A DNA stretch of 64,000 bases from an uncultured Alphaproteobacteria bacterium (GTDB lineage: Bacteria > Pseudomonadota > Alphaproteobacteria > HIMB59 > GCA-002718135): the NCBI GenBank assembly GCA_902614085.1, contig CACMJS010000002.1, forward strand, positions 234,268-298,267, read 5' to 3'. The translations under genes and the position numbers were made by a program. Shown in pieces: positions 56,398 to 64,000 of the stretch. The notes under the pieces were generated by a model. It was not told where the DNA came from, searched no databases, and was given only the letters and a program-made list of their open reading frames with translations. The stretch's first letter is position 1, and every line of letters starts with the position of its first letter.

Positions 56398-57387
56398 TTA
56401 GATATTTATCCATTTTTTTTCTTTTTCTGACTGGTAAATTGATTCCATTATACTACTTCTCAATGCAGCTTCTGAAGGAGTTACTAAGTTTTTGTTATCA
56501 TTGTTTATTATTGCATTAAGAAATAAATCAAATGCATGAGGTAATGTTTCTGGTAAATTTTCTTCTATTCTTTCTATTTTTGCACGATCCTTATTTTCAT
56601 TTATAATTAATTTATCAATCGTTGTTCTTGCGTGAGCTTTTGTTCCGCTTAAAAAAATAGTATATGGTTGCTCTATATCTATCCAACCTGCTGCAATACT
56701 AGCAATTAATCCACTTTTAAATTTTAATAATGCCTCTCCACTTTCTTCACAGCCCGGGTATTGATTATATATTTTTGTAAAGGTTGCGCTTACTGACTCA
56801 ACATCAGAAAAAAACCACAAAAGAAGATCTAAAACATGTGTTCCTAAATCGCCAAAAGCTCCAACTCCTGCAACTTTAGGATCTGTCATCCATTGATAGT
56901 TTTGGAAAATATCTCTCATAATACCGTCATGGCAATTAACGAGTCGAATTCTTGAAATATCACCAAAATAGTTAGTATTAATTAATTCTTTAAGTTTTAT
57001 GTATACAGGATTGCTTCTCATAAAATAGCCAGTTTGAAAAATAATTTTTGAAGATTCTATTAAGTTTGCCATTTCAAAAGAATCTTTTTTCCCTAATCCC
57101 AGAGGTTTTTCAATAAAGCAGTGTTTTTTATGTTCAGTAATTTTTTTAACTAATTCATAGTGCAAGTTAGTTTCTGAACAAACAATAACGCCATCTAAAT
57201 TAGGTTCTTTCAGTAAATTAATATAGTCATCATAATTCTTACATTTCAGTTTTTCAGAGTCACTTTTAGACCTGTTCTTATCTTTGTCCCAAACACCAAT
57301 ACAATTAATTTGATTGTTTGAAATTACCTTAGAAATAAAATTTGGCGTATGAATATGAGAGGTTCCAATAAATGCAATATTTTTCAT
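56398..57387 (-). CDS. Gfo/Idh/MocA family oxidoreductase (divergent N-terminal dinucleotide motif)
   Basis: IAFIGTSHIHTPNF, IEKPLG, and a Gfo-type C-terminal domain. Confidence 0.75.
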   Translation of the reverse strand: MKNIAFIGTSHIHTPNFISKVISNNQINCIGVWDKDKNRSKSDSEKLKCKNYDDYINLLKEPNLDGVIVCSETNLHYELVKKITEHKKHCFIEKPLGLGKKDSFEMANLIESSKIIFQTGYFMRSNPVYIKLKELINTNYFGDISRIRLVNCHDGIMRDIFQNYQWMTDPKVAGVGAFGDLGTHVLDLLLWFFSDVESVSATFTKIYNQYPGCEESGEALLKFKSGLIASIAAGWIDIEQPYTIFLSGTKAHARTTIDKLIINENKDRAKIERIEENLPETLPHAFDLFLNAIINNDNKNLVTPSEAALRSSIMESIYQSEKEKKWINI

Positions 57388-57405
57388 TCCGATTATAAAA
57401 ACTAC

Positions 57406-58392
57406 TTATAGAGCACAACACTGATCAACCCAATGACCTGGTTCAACTTCAGTAAGCCCCATTTTTATTTCTCCACCTTTGCAATCTATTCCGGGATTAG
57501 GACATCTAGTTCTAAACACACAACCTGGAGGTGGATGTAATGCGCTGGGAATTTCTCCTTTTAATTCTATAGCTTCAGATCTTTTCTCAGGATCAATTGA
57601 TGGAATAGAAGATAATAATGCTTTTGTATAAGAATGTTTAGGGTTCTTAAATAATTGTCTTGAGGGTCCCATTTCAACTATATGCCCCAAATACATAACT
57701 GCAACCACATCACATACATGCGCTACTACACTTAAATCATGACTTATAAATAAGTAAGTAAGGTTTAGTTCAGTTTGAAGTTGTTTTAAAAGATTTAATA
57801 TATCTGCTTGTATTGACACATCTAAAGCAGCAACACTTTCATCTGCTACAATAAATTTTGGATTACTTACTAAGGCTCTTGCAATTGATATTCTTTGCCT
57901 TTGCCCTCCAGAAAATGCATGGGGAAACCTTCTTAAATGTTCAATATTTAATCTACATTTAGCTGCTATATCTCTTACTCTTTCATCAGTCTCTTGTCTT
58001 GAATTTGTTATTTTCATTACTTCCAAAGGTTCTGCTATAATATCTCTGACTGTCATTCTTGGGCTTAAAGCAGCATAAGGATCTTGAAAGATTAGTTGGG
58101 CTTTTTTTCTATATTCTTTTAAATCTTGTTTGTTCATATTTGTTAAATCATAATCTCTTTCATCATCATGAAAAATAACATTTCCTGAACTAATTTTATT
58201 AGCTCCAAGTATTGCCCTGCCAAGAGTAGTTTTTCCTGAACCAGACTCACCTACTAAACCAAAAAAAGATCCTTTTTGAATTTTGATATTAATATTGTTT
58301 ACAGCATGTATTTTTTGTTTTTTTGAAATAAAATTCTCTTGATAATCAAAATTTACAGAAACATTATTTACTGAAATTAAATTATTACCCAT
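57406..58392 (-). CDS. Opp/Dpp-type ABC ATP-binding protein (OppF-like)
   Basis: GESGSGKTT, FSGGQRQR, and a C-terminal oligopeptide-type domain with 4-5 Cys. I chose the start MGNNLISVNN (cat at 58390-58392). Confidence 0.85.
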   Translation of the reverse strand: MGNNLISVNNVSVNFDYQENFISKKQKIHAVNNINIKIQKGSFFGLVGESGSGKTTLGRAILGANKISSGNVIFHDDERDYDLTNMNKQDLKEYRKKAQLIFQDPYAALSPRMTVRDIIAEPLEVMKITNSRQETDERVRDIAAKCRLNIEHLRRFPHAFSGGQRQRISIARALVSNPKFIVADESVAALDVSIQADILNLLKQLQTELNLTYLFISHDLSVVAHVCDVVAVMYLGHIVEMGPSRQLFKNPKHSYTKALLSSIPSIDPEKRSEAIELKGEIPSALHPPPGCVFRTRCPNPGIDCKGGEIKMGLTEVEPGHWVDQCCAL

Positions 58393-59374
58393 TTTGACCA
58401 CACTTAATTCCACACTGATCAACCCAGTGACCTGGTTCAACTTCAATTAATTTCATTTCAATTTTACCATCTTTACCCTCTGGATTGTGATGAGGGCATC
58501 TAGTTCTAAACACACAACCAGTAGGTCTATCTAATGGACTTGGAATGTTTCCAGGTATTGGGGATAATGGTGCATCTAAGTTATTTATATCAGGCAAGGC
58601 TTGCAATAGACCTTTTGTATAAGGATGTTTGGGATTTTTAAGAATCTCATTTACTGGACCTTTTTCTACTACACTACCTAAATACATTACTGCTACATGA
58701 TCAGCTACCTGAGCAATAACACCTAGATCATGAGTAATAAATATTACTCCCATTTGATATTCTTTTATAATATCTTTAATTAAGTTAATTACTTGAGCTT
58801 GAATTGTTACATCTAAAGCAGTTGTTGGCTCATCTGCCAATAAAAGTTTTGGCATAGTTGAAAGCGCCATAGCTATCATCGCTCTTTGACGCATTCCTCC
58901 AGATAATTCAAATGCATATTGGTTAAAGCGTTTTTCTGCATCTGCAATACCTACTCTTTTAAGCATGTTTATAGATATAGATTTTGCTTCATCTTTATTA
59001 ATTTTTTTATGTATTAGTAATTGCTCAACCATTTGTGCGCCAATTTTTATTGCTGGAGCAAAACTTGCCATAGGCTCTTGAAAAATCATTGATACTTTAC
59101 CACCTCTAATTTTTTTTAAGTCTTGTTTAGAAGTAAACTGAAGAACGTTTTCATTATCCAAAATTATTTCTGCATCTTCATTATAAGAGGTGTTACCTGG
59201 GTTTAATTTCATAATTGATTTAGCTGTCACAGATTTTCCTGACCCAGATTCACCAACTATACCAAGTACTTCACCTTGATCTACAGAAAGTGAGATGTTT
59301 TCAACTGCTGTAATTCTACCTTCATCAGTATCAAATTTTACATCTAAGTTTTTTACTTCTAATAAATGACTCAT
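58385..59374 (-). CDS. Opp/Dpp-type ABC ATP-binding protein (OppD-like)
   Basis: GESGSGKSV, LSGGMRQR, and a Cys-rich C-terminal domain. Confidence 0.9.
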   Translation of the reverse strand: MSHLLEVKNLDVKFDTDEGRITAVENISLSVDQGEVLGIVGESGSGKSVTAKSIMKLNPGNTSYNEDAEIILDNENVLQFTSKQDLKKIRGGKVSMIFQEPMASFAPAIKIGAQMVEQLLIHKKINKDEAKSISINMLKRVGIADAEKRFNQYAFELSGGMRQRAMIAMALSTMPKLLLADEPTTALDVTIQAQVINLIKDIIKEYQMGVIFITHDLGVIAQVADHVAVMYLGSVVEKGPVNEILKNPKHPYTKGLLQALPDINNLDAPLSPIPGNIPSPLDRPTGCVFRTRCPHHNPEGKDGKIEMKLIEVEPGHWVDQCGIKCGQNG

Positions 59375-59375
59375 A

Positions 59376-60536
59376 TTACTTTACCTTATGAGGATCTGCT
59401 GCATCACGTAATCCATCCCCTACATAGACAAATGTTAAAATTAATACGACTAAGAAAAACACAGGTATGAAATACCATTGATAGTTTAAAAGTACGTCGG
59501 CCTTTGTTGCATTTTGCAAAAGTACACCTAGAGAGTTTACGGGCTCTCTCAAACCAAGTCCTATAAAACTTAAAGCTGTTTCAGATAATAACATGTATGG
59601 AAAACTAATAACTAAATCGACAATAATATAACTCGTAAAACTTGGTAATAAATGTCTTACAATAATATGAGTGGATGATGCTCCACAAAGTTTTGCAGCA
59701 AGAATATATTCTTGGCTTCTTTCGCTAAGTAGATGCGTTCTTACTCTTCTAGCAAGTGTTGGCCATGAAATTAATCCAAGCAAACAAGATATAAAAAAGA
59801 AACGTAATTCAGAACTCCATTCTAATGGTGCAAAGGCAGCAAGACACATAAAAAGAGGTATTGGTGGAACTGTTCTAATTGCATCAGTAAACATTTGCAG
59901 TACGCTATCAATCCAACCACCATAATAACCCGAAATTCCACCAATAATTAGCGATAGTACAAATGATATAAAAACACCAAGTGTACCTACAGCTAGTGAA
60001 ATATAAATTGCACTCAACGTTCTACTAAATAAATCTTTTCCTGCTTTATCTGTTCCAAATATATGAATTCCACCCTCTTCGACGCCAAATAAATGAGTAT
60101 TAAATGTAAAACCTGGAATTTTAAAATCTAAAATTTTACCTGGAAGATTTATATTAAAATCAAAAACTTTATATTCCCAGCCTTCGACAAAAAAATAAAC
60201 GTATCTTCTTTTTTCAGTATCAACTTTATACACCCATCTAAAATTTGTATCTGCTCCTCTATATTTTTCTAATGTATGTAAAAAAGGCCTAGCTGAAAAA
60301 CCATTCTCATCCCAAAACATTGGAATTTGAGGTGCTCCGTTTTCATAATCTTTATCTCTCCCTTTAATTGTTGGATCATAGGGTGATAAAAAATCTGCAA
60401 AGAGACTACAAATAATCATAAACAATAAAATAGAGCCAGCAATCATAGCTGATCTATTTCCGAAGAAGCGTGTTCTTACTAACTGCATCTGCGTTGCAGT
60501 ATAATAAGCTTCTTTTTTTTGATTACTAACCTCCAC
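59376..60536 (-). CDS. Opp/Dpp-type ABC permease (OppC-like, extended N-terminal/periplasmic region)
   Basis: 386 aa. ILAAKLCGASSTHIIVRHLLP EAA-type motif. Confidence 0.85.
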   Translation of the reverse strand: MEVSNQKKEAYYTATQMQLVRTRFFGNRSAMIAGSILLFMIICSLFADFLSPYDPTIKGRDKDYENGAPQIPMFWDENGFSARPFLHTLEKYRGADTNFRWVYKVDTEKRRYVYFFVEGWEYKVFDFNINLPGKILDFKIPGFTFNTHLFGVEEGGIHIFGTDKAGKDLFSRTLSAIYISLAVGTLGVFISFVLSLIIGGISGYYGGWIDSVLQMFTDAIRTVPPIPLFMCLAAFAPLEWSSELRFFFISCLLGLISWPTLARRVRTHLLSERSQEYILAAKLCGASSTHIIVRHLLPSFTSYIIVDLVISFPYMLLSETALSFIGLGLREPVNSLGVLLQNATKADVLLNYQWYFIPVFFLVVLILTFVYVGDGLRDAADPHKVK

Positions 60537-61539
60537 CCATAACTCCTTTTCTTATTCTTGGATCAATTATAGCTAAAATAATATCTGTTATAAAATTTAC
60601 AAAAACAATTGTTGCCGTTAAAAGAAAAATAATAGCACCTGCTAATTGCTGATCATTTGATCTTGCTAAAGCTTCAATCAATAATGCGCCAGCTTCCGTA
60701 AGAATTAAAATTAATGCTACAATCGGTAATGCACTAAATATTCGATTAAGATCAAAACCTATAGAATTAATAACTGGACCTAATGAATGTTTTGCGGGAT
60801 ATCTCCACAATAAACTCATCCCAGATATTCCTCTGGCTCTTGCAGCCATTACATATAATTTATCATTTTCATCTAACATTAGCGCTCTAACTGTTTGAAG
60901 AGCAAAGGCAGTTGCATTCCAACCTAAAACAAAAATGGGGAGCCAAGCTCTGCTTAAAAAATCGAATAATTTTGCTGATGACCATGGTTCGTTTTCATAT
61001 TCTTGAGAAAAGAGACCTGTCATTGTATCCCCATAATAAACAGTCATAAAAAGCATAATACAGAGTGCTACTAAAAAGTTGGGAAGTGCTATTCCAAGAT
61101 AACTAATAAATTTAAGGGTATTATCTAATGAAGCATATTTTGTCGTGGCCGATATAATCCCAACTGGTATGGCTATTAAATATGAAAATATTAGTGCAAC
61201 CAAACATATTGTTAGAGATAAAGTAAATCTTCCACTTAATAATTCATTAATATTCATTCTTAAAATACAACTGTCACCAAAATCTCCATTAAAAACTATA
61301 TTAGAAACCCATTTGCCATATCTGTACAAAAAAGGTTTATCCAAACCTAAACGAATTTTTTCTTTTTCTATATCTTCATACGTTATTTGTGATCCTTGGG
61401 TATTTTTAAATGCAAGATATCTTTCAGCACAAGTTCCAGGAACTAATTCCATTAACGAAAAAACAATAAAGCATACAAGAAGCAAAGTTATAACTGCAAG
61501 TCCCGCTCGTGTAAGAGTAAATTGTATAAAATTAATCAT
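60526..61539 (-). CDS. Opp/Dpp-type ABC permease (OppB-like)
   Basis: 337 aa. YVMAARARGISGMSLLWRYPAKH motif. Confidence 0.85.
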   Translation of the reverse strand: MINFIQFTLTRAGLAVITLLLVCFIVFSLMELVPGTCAERYLAFKNTQGSQITYEDIEKEKIRLGLDKPFLYRYGKWVSNIVFNGDFGDSCILRMNINELLSGRFTLSLTICLVALIFSYLIAIPVGIISATTKYASLDNTLKFISYLGIALPNFLVALCIMLFMTVYYGDTMTGLFSQEYENEPWSSAKLFDFLSRAWLPIFVLGWNATAFALQTVRALMLDENDKLYVMAARARGISGMSLLWRYPAKHSLGPVINSIGFDLNRIFSALPIVALILILTEAGALLIEALARSNDQQLAGAIIFLLTATIVFVNFITDIILAIIDPRIRKGVMGGG

Positions 61540-61575
61540 ATAAAATAATTAGAAAATAAGAATAATTAAAAAAAG

Positions 61576-61604
61576 AAAAGCGGCAATATATAATTGCCGC
61601 TTTT
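61576..61604 (-). terminator. Intercistronic hairpin flanked by A- and T-runs after the SBP gene
   Basis: aaaa-gcggcaat-atata-attgccgc-tttt. The GC core has an 8-bp stem. On the minus strand TTTTCTTTTTTT follows. Confidence 0.7.
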
Positions 61605-61625
61605 TTTATTATTTATTGAGTTAAA

Positions 61626-63680
61626 TTACTCGTCTAACCACCATTGAGTAGCTAGGTATGGGTATGTTCTATAATACTCATACGAAGTAGTTTTAAACTG
61701 CGTAAAGTTTTTCAACGCATTTCTATGATATGTTGGGAAAGGTGCTTTCACCGTACCAATCAATAGACTTTGCTCTGTTAACATTGTTGCAATTTTTTCT
61801 CCCCACTCGTTAGACTCAGCAGTACCAAGAGCATAAGATTGGAATTTATCAATTCCATCACTTAAGTCATACACCCACTGAGGAGGTTCAGTACCTTCGT
61901 CACCATTACTATCAATGTATGCTGCCCAATCTAAACCTTGCGTATGGTTAAAGTAGTTACCAAAAGGAGGTTTAAATGTTTCTGGGTTACCAGCAACAAT
62001 AGCTAATGGTTGACCTTTGTCCCAAACGTGAACATCAAGTTGGTTTGCAGCTTGCGAACCACGATATTCATCCGGAGTTACCTCTTTAAAAGTAGTTTTT
62101 ACTCCTACTTCATTAAAGTATCTTGCAACAAGTTCAACTTCAACACCACCAATACCTTGAGTAGCGTAATCAATGTTAATCGCTAGAGCATCACCATTTG
62201 GTAATTCTCTAAATCCATCTCCATCAACGTCTTTTAATCCTACTTCATCAAGAAGAGCATTTGCTCCATCTGGATCGTATTGAGTCATATGCATTTTTAT
62301 ACTTTCAGGAACGAAGTCAGGTGCAGGAGAAAATCCTACAAACTGCTCAACTTTACCTAAGCCGTAATATGCAACTTCGTTGATCTCGTCTCTATTCATC
62401 GCAATTGACATTGCTTGACGGAAACGAATATCTCCATAGACTTTACGTTTTTCAGGATCAGGATGTGTTACATTAAAACTAAATAATGCAGCACCACAAC
62501 CTGGGTTGATTTGAACTTGATATCCACCAGACTCAGCACCATCAAGTAATTGAGGAGCAGACTCTAATTGAACAGACTGAGATTTATAATCAACTTCACC
62601 ATTAACAAGTTTTAATAATCTTATTTCATTTTCATTGATGTATCTTTCATTTTGATAATCAATGTATGGTAATTGATTTCCAGCTGTATCAACTTGGAAA
62701 AAGTATGGGTTAGCTGCATAGACTCTACCTTCAGTAGTATCTTCAATCGTCATATAAGCTTCTAAAGAAGGATACGCTGCATAAGGTAATCCATCAACTA
62801 GATCAGGTCTAGCTAATAAAGGAGTTGGAGTATCAGTCCAACCAGAGTTACCATAATATGCTGCTAAAGCATCATAACCGTTTTCAAATCCTAAAGCTTG
62901 TGCATTTGCATCTGCATTTGAATCAATTTCCGGATGGAATTGTTCTAGGAAATGTGAAGGCATGAAGAACTGGTTATATGACCATGCAATAGTTGCAGTT
63001 AAACCAGGGAATGGTGATGGTAAATTAAATCTTACTGTTTGATCATCAATTACATCAACAGTCATTGGTTCTCCACCAACTAATAGATATGGATATGGTT
63101 TTTCACGAATATTTGGATTCATCATCAAATCTTCGTACCAAAACTCAACATCTCTTGCTACAAAAGGTTCACCGTTTGACCACTTGTGACCTTTACGTAA
63201 CATGAACGTTAAAGTAGTAAAATCATCATTCCACTCATAATCTTTAGCAACGTTTGGAACAATTGTACTTAAGTCATCTGCAAAACGTAATAAGTTAACG
63301 TGTCTTGTAGATAACATATCTGAAGTTCCAGCTTCTGTTGCGTTTGATAAAAAGTTTATTGTATTTCCATATTTACCAATAGAATCATATGGCACTACAA
63401 CAAGCGGCTCGTCAGGTAATCTATCCTCAACGGGAGGTAGACTTCCTGGGTTACCTTGTATTGTAGCGTTAATGCTAGCAATATTTGGATTGTCAGAAAA
63501 TTTCATCGTACAGCCGGCTGCACTTTCATATTCTGATAATTCATATTGCTGAGGATATTTTCCGCCTGTCTGTGCATCGTTCATTGTTGTACCTACACAA
63601 TGACCGCCTGCAAAAGAGCTTCCACTCCAAACAAAAGTTGCGGAAGAAAATATCAACGCTATGAATAATTTTTTTAACAT
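61626..63680 (-). CDS. Large (684 aa) family-5 ABC substrate-binding protein, secreted
   Basis: Signal peptide MLKKLFIALIFSSATFVWSGSSFA. SBP_bac_5-like core (KGHKWSNGEPFVARDVEFWYED). About 150 aa longer than typical DppA/OppA. Confidence 0.85.
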   Translation of the reverse strand: MLKKLFIALIFSSATFVWSGSSFAGGHCVGTTMNDAQTGGKYPQQYELSEYESAAGCTMKFSDNPNIASINATIQGNPGSLPPVEDRLPDEPLVVVPYDSIGKYGNTINFLSNATEAGTSDMLSTRHVNLLRFADDLSTIVPNVAKDYEWNDDFTTLTFMLRKGHKWSNGEPFVARDVEFWYEDLMMNPNIREKPYPYLLVGGEPMTVDVIDDQTVRFNLPSPFPGLTATIAWSYNQFFMPSHFLEQFHPEIDSNADANAQALGFENGYDALAAYYGNSGWTDTPTPLLARPDLVDGLPYAAYPSLEAYMTIEDTTEGRVYAANPYFFQVDTAGNQLPYIDYQNERYINENEIRLLKLVNGEVDYKSQSVQLESAPQLLDGAESGGYQVQINPGCGAALFSFNVTHPDPEKRKVYGDIRFRQAMSIAMNRDEINEVAYYGLGKVEQFVGFSPAPDFVPESIKMHMTQYDPDGANALLDEVGLKDVDGDGFRELPNGDALAINIDYATQGIGGVEVELVARYFNEVGVKTTFKEVTPDEYRGSQAANQLDVHVWDKGQPLAIVAGNPETFKPPFGNYFNHTQGLDWAAYIDSNGDEGTEPPQWVYDLSDGIDKFQSYALGTAESNEWGEKIATMLTEQSLLIGTVKAPFPTYHRNALKNFTQFKTTSYEYYRTYPYLATQWWLDE

Positions 63681-63831
63681 ATATTTTCTCCTATAAGATA
63701 AAATTATCGTATGATTTAGTTTGTAAACAATTTTGACTTTTTAGCAAAAAAATTTGACACTTTTATTACAGTTTTTTGTAAAAAATTGTGTATTTCTTGC
63801 TAATTAATTAATTTAATAATCATAAGTAAAT

Positions 63832-64000
63832 ATGAAAAAATCTAAAAAATCTGTGCTTTTTATATGTGCTGATCAATGGCGTTTTGACTGCTTTAGCTTC
63901 CTAGATCATCGATATGCTCTTACTCCGAACTTAGACAAGCTCGCTAAACAAAGTGTTGTTTTTAAATCGCATTTTGCAGGAATTGTTCCTTGTGGACCAT
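63832..64000 (+). CDS. Sulfatase (alkaline-phosphatase superfamily), N-terminal fragment, no signal peptide; continues beyond the window
   Basis: Hand translation: MKKSKKSVLFICADQWRFDCFSFLDHRYALTPNLDKLAKQSVVFKSHFAGIVPCGP. It shows LFICADQ.R.D, TPNLDKLA, and the start of a C-x-P-x-R formylglycine motif at the window edge. Confidence 0.7.
   Translation, partial: MKKSKKSVLFICADQWRFDCFSFLDHRYALTPNLDKLAKQSVVFKSHFAGIVPCGP

Noticed and set aside
63681-63831. Two TTGAC(T/A) -35-like boxes and A/T-rich -10-like strings between the large SBP gene and the sulfatase gene
   Set aside because: The spacing to a convincing TATAAT-like hexamer was ambiguous, and such matches are abundant in AT-rich intergenic DNA. 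I did not call promoters.
1-64000. Looked for tRNA/rRNA genes, CRISPR arrays, IS elements, integrases, phage genes, toxin-antitoxin pairs, and long direct or inverted repeats flanking the sugar region
   Set aside because: I recognised none. Intergenic regions longer than 100 bp (13301-13474, 18361-18514, 32528-32631, 47784-47936, 63681-63831) show no tRNA-like GC-rich arms and no repeat-spacer periodicity. The sugar supercluster therefore shows no visible mobility signature in this window.

Overview
Very AT-rich window (about 25-30% GC by eye, not computed) and extremely gene-dense. Many adjacent genes overlap by 1-14 nt, and several convergent pairs share overlapping stop codons. I found no rRNA, tRNA, CRISPR, transposase or integrase. 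A C4-type 5-aminolevulinate synthase, a GcrA-domain protein and the streamlined architecture suggest a SAR11/Pelagibacterales-like marine alphaproteobacterium; this is inference only.

Contents in order:
1. A Dpp/Opp-type ABC transporter (1-4937) and nth.
2. A heme biosynthesis cluster: hemJ-hemF-hemH-hemE-hemC on the minus strand, then a cytochrome b561 and ALAS hemA on the plus strand (5.7-12.4 kb).
3. A DMT transporter, then a co-directional module of a MotA/ExbB-like channel, a MotB/OmpA-like protein with a ~400-aa coiled coil, and a secreted pentapeptide-repeat protein (13.5-16.8 kb).
4. Housekeeping genes: cfa-like, a stand-alone GcrA C-terminal domain, msrA, Nudix, peroxiredoxin-like, agmatinase-like.
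5. A ~42-kb carbohydrate catabolic supercluster (21.6-64 kb) with no recognisable transcription factor gene. It holds an 11-gene L-fucose-type operon (CUT2 ABC transporter, aldose dehydrogenase, fuconate dehydratase, lactonase, cytoplasmic GH29 fucosidase, mutarotase, KdgK, Eda). It also holds hexuronate genes (uxuA, uxuB-like, uxaC-like), a CUT1 ABC operon with embedded dehydrogenases, and six Gfo/Idh/MocA paralogs. A 13-gene co-directional array runs from an Opp-like transporter through two oxidoreductases, a DMT transporter, a mutarotase, a split ComD/ComE-like ThDP decarboxylase, a PfkB kinase and a SerA-like dehydrogenase. A cytoplasmic sulfatase starts at the window edge.

Most second-look-worthy items: the orphan stator-like module, the ComDE/kinase/dehydrogenase block (candidate sulfonate or sulfosugar route), the non-canonical end of the fucose operon, the HemC C-terminal extension, the GcrA C-terminal-only ORF, GC-rich hairpins after every SBP gene, and a LacI-type operator-like palindrome with no regulator in view. 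All functional calls come from reading the translated ORFs and remembered family motifs. No database search was run.
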